Notes under the pieces: model-generated
What the model was told of the DNA's origin: nothing
The model's input: the letters and a program-made list of their open reading frames with translations, nothing else
Databases searched by the model: none
Shown: positions 41,821 through 50,414 of the stretch, piece by piece
How positions within the stretch are numbered: position 1 is the first letter of the stretch
Layout of the letters: the number at the start of each line of letters is the position of its first letter
Position numbers and translations under genes: made by a program
DNA from: an uncultured Acidobacteriota bacterium
GTDB lineage: Bacteria; Acidobacteriota; Thermoanaerobaculia; Gp7-AA8
Reading direction: 5' to 3'
Assembly (NCBI GenBank): GCA_963741955.1
Contig: CAVUKB010000004.1
Location: forward strand, 288,001 to 352,000
Length of the DNA: 64,000 nt

Positions 41821-42960
41821 ATGAAGAAGAGAATCATCATCGTCGTCGTGCTCGTGGCTGCCATCGCCGCAGTGATCTGGGCGGTCTCGTTGCGCAATCG
41901 GCCGTCCGATGACCGGATCCGCTTTTCCGGCAACATCGAAGTGGACGAGGTCCAGGCCGCGTTCCAGATTCCGGGACGCCTCGTCGAGCGTGCCGTCTCC
42001 GAGGGAGATCGGGTGCGGAAAGGGGAGGTGATCGGCCGTCTGGAAGACGCCGAGCTGACTCACGAAGTCGCGACCCGGCGCGCCGACCTCGACGCGGCGC
42101 AATCGAAGCTCGGCGAGCTCGAGGCGGGCTTCCGCCCCGAAGAGATCGCCGACGCCCGCGCCGCGCTCCGTGGCGCGCAGGCGGAGCTCGATCACCAGAG
42201 CTCCGAGCTCGCCCGCGCGAAGAAGCTCTACCGCGATGACGTGATCTCCCAGCGCGAGCTCGAGGCGGTCGAGGCGGCATACCGCGTCGCCTCCTCGCGC
42301 GCCGATCAGGCGAAAGAGAAGCTGCGTCTGGTCGAGAGCGGCGTCCGTCGCGAGCAGATCGCGCAGGCCCGCGCCGGCGTCGAGCAGTCCGCCCAGATCC
42401 TCGCGTCCGCTCAGACGCGCTACGGTTACGCGACGCTCACCTCGCCGATCGACGGCGTCGTCCTCTCCGAGAACGCGCAGCCCGGCGAGATGCTCGCGGC
42501 CGGAGCGCCCGTCGTCACGCTCGGCGATCTCGGCTCCATCTACGTCAACGGCTACATCCCCGAGACCCGGCTCGGACGCATCCGGCTCGGCGAACCGGTG
42601 GTCGTCACCACCGACACCTATCCCGGGAAGAAGTATCGGGGTCAGGTCTCCTTCATCTCGTCCGAAGCGGAGTTCACCCCGAAGCAGGTCCAGACGCCGG
42701 AGGAGAGGGTGAAGCTCGTCTATCGGATCAAGGTGCGGGTGGAGAATCCGAACTTCGAGTTGAAGCCGGGAATGCCGGTCGATGCGGAGATTCCGAAGGC
42801 GAAGGCATCGGGGTCGAACGGAGTTGCGACGACCGGAAGAGAGCGATCCGCGAAGCCTCGTGGTGCGACCGTCTCGGTCGCACGCCGAGCGGAGCGAGGC
42901 TTGCTTACGTCGTCTGGCATTGCGACCGAGACGGTCGCACCACACGGAATGGAGTCGTGA
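41821..42960 (+). CDS. HlyD/YbhG-like membrane fusion protein with a C-terminal extension containing a REP doublet
   Basis: SGNIE, coiled coil, SPIDG, AEFTPKQVQT..ER, LKPGMPVD motifs. Confidence 0.92.
   Translation: MKKRIIIVVVLVAAIAAVIWAVSLRNRPSDDRIRFSGNIEVDEVQAAFQIPGRLVERAVSEGDRVRKGEVIGRLEDAELTHEVATRRADLDAAQSKLGELEAGFRPEEIADARAALRGAQAELDHQSSELARAKKLYRDDVISQRELEAVEAAYRVASSRADQAKEKLRLVESGVRREQIAQARAGVEQSAQILASAQTRYGYATLTSPIDGVVLSENAQPGEMLAAGAPVVTLGDLGSIYVNGYIPETRLGRIRLGEPVVVTTDTYPGKKYRGQVSFISSEAEFTPKQVQTPEERVKLVYRIKVRVENPNFELKPGMPVDAEIPKAKASGSNGVATTGRERSAKPRGATVSVARRAERGLLTSSGIATETVAPHGMES
42860..42943. repeat. REP doublet (REPIN-like), 23-bp inverted repeats
   Basis: GTGGTGCGACCGTCTCGGTCGCA (42860-42882) and its exact reverse complement (42921-42943); each arm is itself palindromic. 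Confidence 0.85.
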
Positions 42961-43922
42961 GCGTGGCCACTCCTCAGGACGGCGCCGCGGTCGAGCTGTC
43001 GAACGTCGTGAAACGCTTCGACGACGTGACGGCTCTCGACGGCGTCTCCTTCTCCGTCGAACCGGGCGAGATCTTCGGACTCGTCGGTCCGGACGGCGCG
43101 GGGAAGACGACCGTGATGCGGCTTCTCGCCGCGATCATGCTTCCCACCGCGGGGGAAGTGCGGGTGCTCGGCCGCGACACGCGGCACGATCCGGCGAAAA
43201 TCCAGGACGACATCGCATACATGAGCCAGCGCTTCGGGCTCTATCCCGACCTCTCCGTCGAGGAGAACATCCAGTTCTACGCCGATCTGTACGGCGAGGC
43301 GAAGAAGGGACGCGAAGAGCGGATCCAGCGGCTGCTCGACTTCAGCAACATGGGGCCCTTCCGCAAACGGCGGGCCGGAAAGCTCTCCGGCGGAATGAAG
43401 CAGAAGCTCGGACTGGCGTGCGCGCTGATCCACTCGCCCCGCGTTCTGCTCCTCGACGAGCCGACGAACGGAGTCGATCCGGTCTCGCGGCGCGACTTCT
43501 GGCGCATCCTGAACCAGCTCCTCGCACAGGGCGTCACCATCGTGGTCACCACCGCCTACCTCGACGAGGCCGAGCGCTGCAGCCGTCTCGCGATGATGCA
43601 CAAGGGGAAGATCGTCGCCCTCGACACTCCGGAGGGGATGAAGCGTCTCCTCGATGGCGTGGTGATCGAAGTCCGCTCGAATGATTCGAGAAGGGCGGCC
43701 GCGATTCTCAGGGAGCGATTCGGAACCAGCTCCGTGGTCCTCTTCGGTGACCGGGTGAACGTCGTCGCGCCCGCCGCCGCGGACGCGACCCGCGCGATCG
43801 AGACCGACCTGCGCGATGCAGACCTGACCCTCGACGAAGTTCGGGTGGTCGATCCGACTCTCGAGAATGTCTTCGTCACACTCCTCGGCGACGATCCGAA
43901 GGCGAGGGAGGAGGCGCGATGA
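42957..43922 (+). CDS. ABC exporter ATPase (YbhF N-half-like)
   Basis: GPDGAGKTT, LSGGMKQKL, LLLDEPT motifs. Confidence 0.93.
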   Translation: MSVATPQDGAAVELSNVVKRFDDVTALDGVSFSVEPGEIFGLVGPDGAGKTTVMRLLAAIMLPTAGEVRVLGRDTRHDPAKIQDDIAYMSQRFGLYPDLSVEENIQFYADLYGEAKKGREERIQRLLDFSNMGPFRKRRAGKLSGGMKQKLGLACALIHSPRVLLLDEPTNGVDPVSRRDFWRILNQLLAQGVTIVVTTAYLDEAERCSRLAMMHKGKIVALDTPEGMKRLLDGVVIEVRSNDSRRAAAILRERFGTSSVVLFGDRVNVVAPAAADATRAIETDLRDADLTLDEVRVVDPTLENVFVTLLGDDPKAREEAR

Positions 43923-44884
43923 GTCGCGAGATCGCAGTCTCGGTCCGCGAGCTCGAGCGGCGTTTCGGCGAGTTCATCGCCGTGAACCGCATCTCGCTCG
44001 ACGTCCGGCGAGGCGAGATCTTCGGATTCCTCGGGCCGAACGGCGCCGGCAAGTCGACCACCATCCGGATGCTCTGCGGCATTCTCACTCCCACGTCGGG
44101 AGGGGGCACCGTCGCCGGTTTCGACGTTCGGACCCAGTCGGAGGAGATCAAGTCGCACATCGGCTACATGAGCCAGAAGTTCTCTCTCTACGACGATCTC
44201 ACCGTGGAGGAGAACCTCGACTTCTACGCCGGGATCTACGGTATCCCGAACGGGAAACGCCGGGCTCGAAAGGAGTGGGTGCTCGAGATGGCGGATCTCA
44301 CAGAACAGCGTCACGTGCTGACCTCGACGTTGCCGGTCGGATGGAAGCAGCGCCTCTCCCTCGGTGCGGCGGTCCTGCACGAGCCGCCGATCGTCTTTCT
44401 CGACGAGCCGACCTCGGGGGTCGACCCGATCAGCCGCCGCCGGTTCTGGGAACTGATCTACCAGATGTCGGACGGGGGCGTGACGGTCTTCGTCACCACC
44501 CACTACATGGAAGAAGCGGAGTACTGCGAACGGCTCGGCCTCATCTACCGCGGAGAGCTGATCGCGCTCGGCACGCCGATGGAGCTGAAGACGGAGTCGA
44601 TGAAGGATGTGGTCCTCGACGTCCACTGTACGCGCCCGTTCGAAGCGATCGAGCCGCTGCAGAAGATGGAGTCGGTCGACGAGGTCGCGCCGTTCGGACA
44701 GGGGCTGCACGTGGTGACGAAGGATGCCGCGACGGCCGCGAGGGAGATTCCGCGGCTCCTCGAGTCGAAGGGATTCGAAGGGGTGGAGGTGCAGCGGATC
44801 GTCCCCTCTCTGGAGGACGTCTTCGTGTCGCTGATCGAGGAGCGGGAGCGGGAAGAAGGTCCGCAGAAGGAGTACTCGCGATGA
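43919..44884 (+). CDS. ABC exporter ATPase (YbhF C-half-like)
   Basis: GPNGAGKST, degenerate signature LPVGWKQR, FLDEPTSGVDP, TTHYMEEA. Confidence 0.93.
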   Translation: MSREIAVSVRELERRFGEFIAVNRISLDVRRGEIFGFLGPNGAGKSTTIRMLCGILTPTSGGGTVAGFDVRTQSEEIKSHIGYMSQKFSLYDDLTVEENLDFYAGIYGIPNGKRRARKEWVLEMADLTEQRHVLTSTLPVGWKQRLSLGAAVLHEPPIVFLDEPTSGVDPISRRRFWELIYQMSDGGVTVFVTTHYMEEAEYCERLGLIYRGELIALGTPMELKTESMKDVVLDVHCTRPFEAIEPLQKMESVDEVAPFGQGLHVVTKDAATAAREIPRLLESKGFEGVEVQRIVPSLEDVFVSLIEEREREEGPQKEYSR

Positions 44885-46014
44885 AGTGGATGCGGGTGAA
44901 GGCGGTGGCGCGGAAGGAGTTCCTCCACGTGCTGCGCGATCCGCGGAGCATGGGGATGGGGATCGGAATTCCGATCATCCTTCTCCTTCTGTTCGGCTAC
45001 GCGCTCACGCTCGACGTCGACCGCGTTCCGACCGTGGTGTGGGACCAGGACCACTCGGTCGAGAGCCGCGAACTGATCCGCCGCCTCGACGGATCGAGAT
45101 ATCTCTCCATCGTGGGATACGTCACCGATTACCGCGAGCTCGCCGCGTTGATCGACCGTTCGGCCGCGATGGCGGGCTTCGTCGTTCCACCCGGATTTTC
45201 ACGGGACCTGCTGCGAGGGCGGGCTGCGACGGTGCAGCTCATCGTGGACGGGAGCGACGCGAACACGGCTTCCATCGCGAGCGGCTACTTCGACGCGATC
45301 GTGAGCGGCTACTCGCGAGAAGTCGCAGTGAAGAACGCCATGCGGCGGGGGCGGGCGGTTTCCTCCACGCCGATCGATCTGCGGCCGCGGGTCTGGTTCA
45401 ATCCGGAGCTGCAGTCGAAAAACTACATCGTTCCCGGGCTGATCGCGGTGATCATGATGGTCATCGCTGCTCTACTCACCTCCCTCACCGTCGCGCGGGA
45501 GTGGGAGACCGGAACCATGGAGCAGCTGATCTCCACGCCGGTGCGGGCACATGAGCTGATCTTCGGGAAGCTCGTCCCGTACTTCACCATCGGAATGCTG
45601 GACATTCTCATCGCGGTGCTGATGGGAGTCTTTCTCTTCCGGGTCCCGCTGCGCGGAAGCGTCCTGCTGGTATTCGCGCTGGGAGCACTCTACCTGGTCG
45701 GCGCCCTGTCGATGGGGATCCTGATCAGCATCATCACCAGGGGTCAGCTCCTCGCAAGCCAGATCGCAATGGTCACGACGTATCTCCCGGCGTTTCTTCT
45801 CTCGGGATTCATGTTCGACATCGCGAACATGCCCCGCGTGCTGCAGTTCCTCACCCATGTGATTCCGGCGCGCTACTTCATCAGCATCATCAAGGGGCTG
45901 TTCCTCAAAGGCGTCGGATTCAGCGTCCTCGCGATGGACACGATGTTCCTCGCCATTTTCGCGGCGGTTCTTCTCGTGATCGCCAACCTGACCTTCAGGA
46001 AGCGGCTGGAGTAA
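44881..46014 (+). CDS. ABC-2 permease (YbhS-like)
   Basis: KEFLHVLRDPRS, WFNPEL, REWETGTMEQL, LSGFMFDI motifs. Confidence 0.92.
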   Translation: MKWMRVKAVARKEFLHVLRDPRSMGMGIGIPIILLLLFGYALTLDVDRVPTVVWDQDHSVESRELIRRLDGSRYLSIVGYVTDYRELAALIDRSAAMAGFVVPPGFSRDLLRGRAATVQLIVDGSDANTASIASGYFDAIVSGYSREVAVKNAMRRGRAVSSTPIDLRPRVWFNPELQSKNYIVPGLIAVIMMVIAALLTSLTVAREWETGTMEQLISTPVRAHELIFGKLVPYFTIGMLDILIAVLMGVFLFRVPLRGSVLLVFALGALYLVGALSMGILISIITRGQLLASQIAMVTTYLPAFLLSGFMFDIANMPRVLQFLTHVIPARYFISIIKGLFLKGVGFSVLAMDTMFLAIFAAVLLVIANLTFRKRLE

Positions 46015-46020
46015 CGAACG

Positions 46021-47148
46021 ATGTGGGAACGGATCAAGCGCATCCTGATCAAGGAATTCCTGCAGATCAACCGCGATCCGCGGATGAAGGCGGTGATCTT
46101 CGTGATGCCGGTCATCCAGTCGCTGGTGTTCGGGTATGCGGTGACGACCGACCTCAGACACGTCCCGGTGGCGGTGTACGACACCGACCGCACGCCCGCG
46201 AGCCGGACCATGGTCGAGCAGTTCACCGGGTCGGGCTACTTCGACGTCGTCGACGTGATCTGGACCGACGAGACGGCGCGGGATCTGGTGGATCGAGGGG
46301 ACGTGAAGATGGTGATCCGGATCCGGAAAGGATTCGGAGCGAACATCGCCTCCGGACGCCCTGCACCGCTGCAGCTGATCGTCGACGGCTCGGACTCCAA
46401 CACCGCAGCGGTGATCCTCAACTACTCCAACCGAATCGTCAGCAAGGAAGACGTCAGACTGCTGGTGTCACGCCTGGAACGGCAGGGGTACCGCGGTCCA
46501 CCGGCGGCGGTTTCGCTGCGCTCCCGCGCCTGGTTCAATTCCAACCTCGAGAGCCGGAACTTCTACATTCCCGGCGTGGTGGCGCTGCTGGTCACCCTGG
46601 TGACGCTTCTTCTGACCAGCATGGCGGTGGTGCGGGAGAAGGAGATCGGAACGATCGAGCAGATCATCGTCACTCCGATCCGGAAGGGCGAGTTCATCAT
46701 CGGGAAGAGCGTCCCGTTCGCGCTGATCGCGTTCATCGACGTCTTCTTCGTCACTCTCGTCGCCACCCTCTGGTTTCACGTCCCGATCCGGGGGAGCATC
46801 CTCCTTCTGCTCGCGGCGACGGCACTCTTTCTGATGAGCACCATCGGGATCGGTCTTCTGATCTCCACGGTCAGCAGCACCCAGCAGCAGGCGATGATGG
46901 GGACGTTCTTCTTCTTCATGCCCGCATTGCTCCTGTCGGGGTTCATGTTTCCCATCGCCAACATGCCGGAGCCGATCCAGTGGCTCACGTATCTCAATCC
47001 GATCCGCTACTTTCTGGTCATCGTCCGCGGCATCTTCCTCAAGGGAACCGGTGTCGCGGTGCTCTGGCCCCAGATGGCGGCGCTCGGCCTGCTCGGTGTG
47101 ACCATGCTGACCATCGCATCGAGCCGCTTCAGGAAAACACTCGCGTGA
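46021..47148 (+). CDS. ABC-2 permease (YbhR-like)
   Basis: KEFLQINRD, VREKEIGTIEQ, LSGFMFPIANMP motifs. Confidence 0.92.
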   Translation: MWERIKRILIKEFLQINRDPRMKAVIFVMPVIQSLVFGYAVTTDLRHVPVAVYDTDRTPASRTMVEQFTGSGYFDVVDVIWTDETARDLVDRGDVKMVIRIRKGFGANIASGRPAPLQLIVDGSDSNTAAVILNYSNRIVSKEDVRLLVSRLERQGYRGPPAAVSLRSRAWFNSNLESRNFYIPGVVALLVTLVTLLLTSMAVVREKEIGTIEQIIVTPIRKGEFIIGKSVPFALIAFIDVFFVTLVATLWFHVPIRGSILLLLAATALFLMSTIGIGLLISTVSSTQQQAMMGTFFFFMPALLLSGFMFPIANMPEPIQWLTYLNPIRYFLVIVRGIFLKGTGVAVLWPQMAALGLLGVTMLTIASSRFRKTLA

Positions 47149-47149
47149 G

Positions 47150-48502
47150 GTGAACCCGATGAGATCGATCGAACGACAGATGTCCCGGACGCTGCAGGCG
47201 TTCGGAGTGACTGCAGCACTGACCCTCCTGCTGAGCGCCGGGCCGGCCCGCGCACAGGACCCGACGTCGATTCCGTCGCCGCTCACTCTCGACGACGCCG
47301 TGACTCTCGCGTTGCAGAACAACCCGGCATACCTCGGGGCCCGGGAGAGCGTCGCGTCTGCGAACGCGGACGTCGATCTCGCGCGCTCCGCGTACCTGCC
47401 GCAGGTCGGTGCAGAGGCGCAGTACCGCAGGTTCGAGACTCACCTCTTCTTTCCCTCCAGCCTCTCGAAGGTCGTGCCGAGCAGCGTGATCGGTCCGGAG
47501 GACGACTGGCTCGGCGCGTTCACCCTCTCGTACGACCTGTACGACGGTGGCGCTCGAAAAGGCCAGTTGAACGCGGCGAAGGCGGGAGTCACTGCGGCGG
47601 GATCGATGAGTGAAGCGAGGCGGGCGGATACCGTGATGCGAGTTCATCGCGCGTACTTCGGGCTGCTCAGTGCCCTGGAGAACGAAGAGGTCGCGCGGAA
47701 GAGCGTCGATCGAAGGAAGGAGCATCTGCGCGTCGCGGAGAAACGGAAGGCCGCGGGCGCCGTTCCTCAGCTCGACGTGCTCCGGGCCCGATCGGCACTC
47801 GCCGACGCCGAGCTCGCGTTGATCTCGGCGAAAGGAGACGTCGAGGTCGCACGCGGAGAACTGAGCACGGCGATGGGTGAGCCGGTCGAAGCGGAGTACC
47901 AGGTGGAGCAAGCCGGAGCGCCGCAGGCGGCGCCTCCGGAAGACGCCACGCCTCTCTTGAAAAGGGCGACCGAACAGCGATCGGAAGTCCGTGCGGCAGA
48001 AGCTGGAGCGAACGCCGCCGCAGACAGGGTCGACATCGCATCGAGCGGAAAGCGCCCCAGGGCGTTCGTCCGCGGCCGGTACGGTGTCCGCGACAGCGTC
48101 TTTCTTCCGGAAGATCCCGACTGGTCGCTCGGAGTCGGGGTGTCGTATTCGATCTTCGACGGCGGCGCGACGGCCGCGCGTGTCCGGAAGAACGAAGCGG
48201 AACGGCGGATGAGCGAGCAGCAGCTCCGGGAGACGCTCGACTCGGTGCGCCAGCAGGTCTGGGAGGCGTGGACCCGCGCCCGCGAGAGCTGGGAGTCGGT
48301 CGAAGCGGCGAAGGCGGCCGAAACGGAAGCGGACGCGGCGCTCCGATTCGCACGACTCCGATACGAAGCCGGAGCGGGAACGATCACCGACGTCATCGAC
48401 GCAGAGAGCGCCGTTGCAGCGGCGTCGGGACGAGTGGTTCGGACCAGATACGCGTACCGGACGGCGATGAGCGCGCTCGAACGGGCCACCGGGAAGATGT
48501 GA
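47150..48502 (+). CDS. TolC family outer-membrane efflux protein
   Basis: Signal peptide, LTLDDAVTLALQNNP, YLPQV, LYDGG/IFDGG, RYEAG, terminal LERATG. Confidence 0.9.
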   Translation: MNPMRSIERQMSRTLQAFGVTAALTLLLSAGPARAQDPTSIPSPLTLDDAVTLALQNNPAYLGARESVASANADVDLARSAYLPQVGAEAQYRRFETHLFFPSSLSKVVPSSVIGPEDDWLGAFTLSYDLYDGGARKGQLNAAKAGVTAAGSMSEARRADTVMRVHRAYFGLLSALENEEVARKSVDRRKEHLRVAEKRKAAGAVPQLDVLRARSALADAELALISAKGDVEVARGELSTAMGEPVEAEYQVEQAGAPQAAPPEDATPLLKRATEQRSEVRAAEAGANAAADRVDIASSGKRPRAFVRGRYGVRDSVFLPEDPDWSLGVGVSYSIFDGGATAARVRKNEAERRMSEQQLRETLDSVRQQVWEAWTRARESWESVEAAKAAETEADAALRFARLRYEAGAGTITDVIDAESAVAAASGRVVRTRYAYRTAMSALERATGKM

Positions 48503-48572
48503 GGAGAGCGCGTCGCTGAGATCTCCGAGTGCTGGGGCGATCGCGAGTTCCTCGAGGGTGACACGTCACGTC

Positions 48573-48607
48573 AGCACTCGGGTGTGCTGAATGCTCGCCC
48601 GAGTGCT
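48573..48607. terminator. Hairpin downstream of companion copy B
   Basis: AGCACTCGGG...CCCGAGTGCT inverted repeat, homologous to 49541-49574; no clear U tract. Confidence 0.45.
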
Positions 48608-48644
48608 CGCCGTGGCCGTGTCGTCGTTTCAGTCGTCCGGGCGT

Positions 48645-49424
48645 CTACTCGACGCGTGGGGACAACACCGTAATGTGCTGTGTGGCGTTGTTCGTCAGCG
48701 TGACCATCCCCCAGAGGTGCGGAGTCGCGTCGATCGCCTCCACCGTGATGCGATAGCGTTCCACCGTCGCCAGTTCGGGATGACGTCCCGCGAGATCCGG
48801 AATCTCCGCGTAACCCGGGACGAGCCTGTTCCCGGCCGGCAGGGTCAGGACCTCCTCGGCGATCAGCGGGTCCGGATTCACGTCCCCGATCGGCACCCGT
48901 TGTGCCGGGTTCAGGGCGAAGAACTGCACGCGCACCGTCACCGGGACGTCACCGAACTGATAGATCCGCAGCATCACGCGATACCCCGGAGTGGACGGGA
49001 CGTCGAGGATGGAAAAGATGCTGATTGGAGCCGCCGACTCTTTGACGGTGGGCAATTCGGTGCCCCAATCCTCGCTCTGCCGCGACAGGTCTCTGCCTCG
49101 CAACTGGATGGCGACGTCGGGGGTAGCTGAGGCAGGAGACACGTACAGATATGCTCCCTGCAATGCATTTCCCAGGAGGTGTGCATAGAACGTTCGTTCC
49201 GGCGGGACCGGCTGTTGAGGGCACTCGATATGACAGTTCTGATCGTATCCGTCGATGAGGATCGGCTCCGCTCCCTGGTTCAGCATCGACAGATCCGTCG
49301 TCCATTCGGAACCGTAAGCGCCGTCGATCGCGGTGAGCGTGTAAACTGGAATGAGGATACGCTCTGTATCCTGGCCGAATACGCTGAGCGGAAACAACAA
49401 GGCGAGAATCGCGAGACGTTTCAT
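48645..49424 (-). CDS. Secreted hypothetical 'S8 companion' protein (locus 2, distal copy B)
   Basis: Signal peptide; highly similar to 49613-50398 and homologous to 13093-13854. Confidence 0.88.
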   Translation of the reverse strand: MKRLAILALLFPLSVFGQDTERILIPVYTLTAIDGAYGSEWTTDLSMLNQGAEPILIDGYDQNCHIECPQQPVPPERTFYAHLLGNALQGAYLYVSPASATPDVAIQLRGRDLSRQSEDWGTELPTVKESAAPISIFSILDVPSTPGYRVMLRIYQFGDVPVTVRVQFFALNPAQRVPIGDVNPDPLIAEEVLTLPAGNRLVPGYAEIPDLAGRHPELATVERYRITVEAIDATPHLWGMVTLTNNATQHITVLSPRVE

Positions 49425-49440
49425 GGAGTTCCCCCGGATA

Positions 49441-49512
49441 TCAGTTGAAGTACGGCTATGAAGAGCAGTCGGTCATTGGCCGATACCCCGTCGTTGTCGA
49501 AGTTCGCCGGAA
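49441..49512 (-). pseudogene. Orphan duplicate of the last ~70 nt of the S8 gene, with a 1-nt insertion
   Basis: Matches 50415-50485 (PANFDNDGVxANDRLLF...YFN-stop); TACGGCTATG versus TACGGCATG. Confidence 0.9.
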
Positions 49513-49540
49513 AATGTTCCTCGAAAATGACCGGCCGCGG

Positions 49541-49574
49541 GAGCACTCGGGAGATCGATTTCTCCCGAGTGCTC
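49541..49574. terminator. Hairpin downstream of companion copy A
   Basis: GAGCACTCGGGAGA-tcgatt-TCTCCCGAGTGCTC, perfect 14-bp stem. Confidence 0.5.
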
Positions 49575-49612
49575 GCCATGACAATGTCGTTGCGTTGCGG
49601 TCGCCCGAGGTT

Positions 49613-50398
49613 CTACTCCACCCGTGGCGACAGTACCGTGATGTGCTGCGTGGCGTTGTTCGTCAGCGTGACCATCCCCCAGAGGCGCGGAGTCGCGTCG
49701 ATCGCCTCCACCAGGATGCGATAGCGTTCCACCGTCGCCAGTTCGGGATGACGTCCCGCGAGATCCGGAAGCTCCGCGTAACCCGGGACGAGCCTGTTCC
49801 CGGCCGGCAGGGTCAGGACCTCCTCGGCGATCAGCGGGTCCGGATTCACGTCCCCGATCGGCACCCGTTGTGCCGGGTTCAGGGCGAAGAACTGCACCCC
49901 CACCTCGAGCGGCACGTCGGCGAACTGATAGATGCGCAGCATCACGCGATAACCGGGTGTGGATGGGACGTCGAGGATCGAAAACGTACCGATCGGAGCC
50001 GCGGACTCCCTGACCGTCGGTATCTCCGTCCCCCAGTCCTCGCTCTGTCGGGACAGGTCTCTGCCCCGAAGCTGGATGGCGACGTCTCGTGTGGCTGACG
50101 GAGGAGAGACCCACAGAAAGACGCCGTGCAGAGCGTTTCTCAGTAAGGAGGATGGATAGAACGTCCGACCCGGCGGCGTAGGCTGTGTAGGACCACACTC
50201 GATGTGGCAAAGCTGGTCGTAGCCGTCGATCAGGATGGGCTGGGATCCCTGGTTGAGCATCGCCAGATCCGTCGTCCATTCGGAACCATAAGCACCGTCG
50301 ATCGGCGTGGGCGTAAAGACCGGAATCAGGACGCGCTCCATCTCCTGGCCGAACACGCTGAGCGGAAACAACAAGGCGAGAATAGCTAAACGTTTCAT
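49613..50398 (-). CDS. Secreted hypothetical 'S8 companion' protein (locus 2, proximal copy A)
   Basis: Start MKRLAIL at 50398, 16 nt after the S8 stop, GGGAGA RBS; same family motifs as the other copies. Confidence 0.88.
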   Translation of the reverse strand: MKRLAILALLFPLSVFGQEMERVLIPVFTPTPIDGAYGSEWTTDLAMLNQGSQPILIDGYDQLCHIECGPTQPTPPGRTFYPSSLLRNALHGVFLWVSPPSATRDVAIQLRGRDLSRQSEDWGTEIPTVRESAAPIGTFSILDVPSTPGYRVMLRIYQFADVPLEVGVQFFALNPAQRVPIGDVNPDPLIAEEVLTLPAGNRLVPGYAELPDLAGRHPELATVERYRILVEAIDATPRLWGMVTLTNNATQHITVLSPRVE

Positions 50399-50414
50399 GG
50401 AGTTCTCCCGGATA

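Noticed and set aside
48545-49612. Integron attC sites after the companion genes
   Set aside because: The hairpins lack RYYYAAC/GTTRRRY boxes and no integrase is present.
48645-50398. Diversity-generating retroelement (TR/VR pair)
   Set aside because: No reverse transcriptase in the window; both copies are full genes; differences include indels and do not look adenine-restricted by eye.
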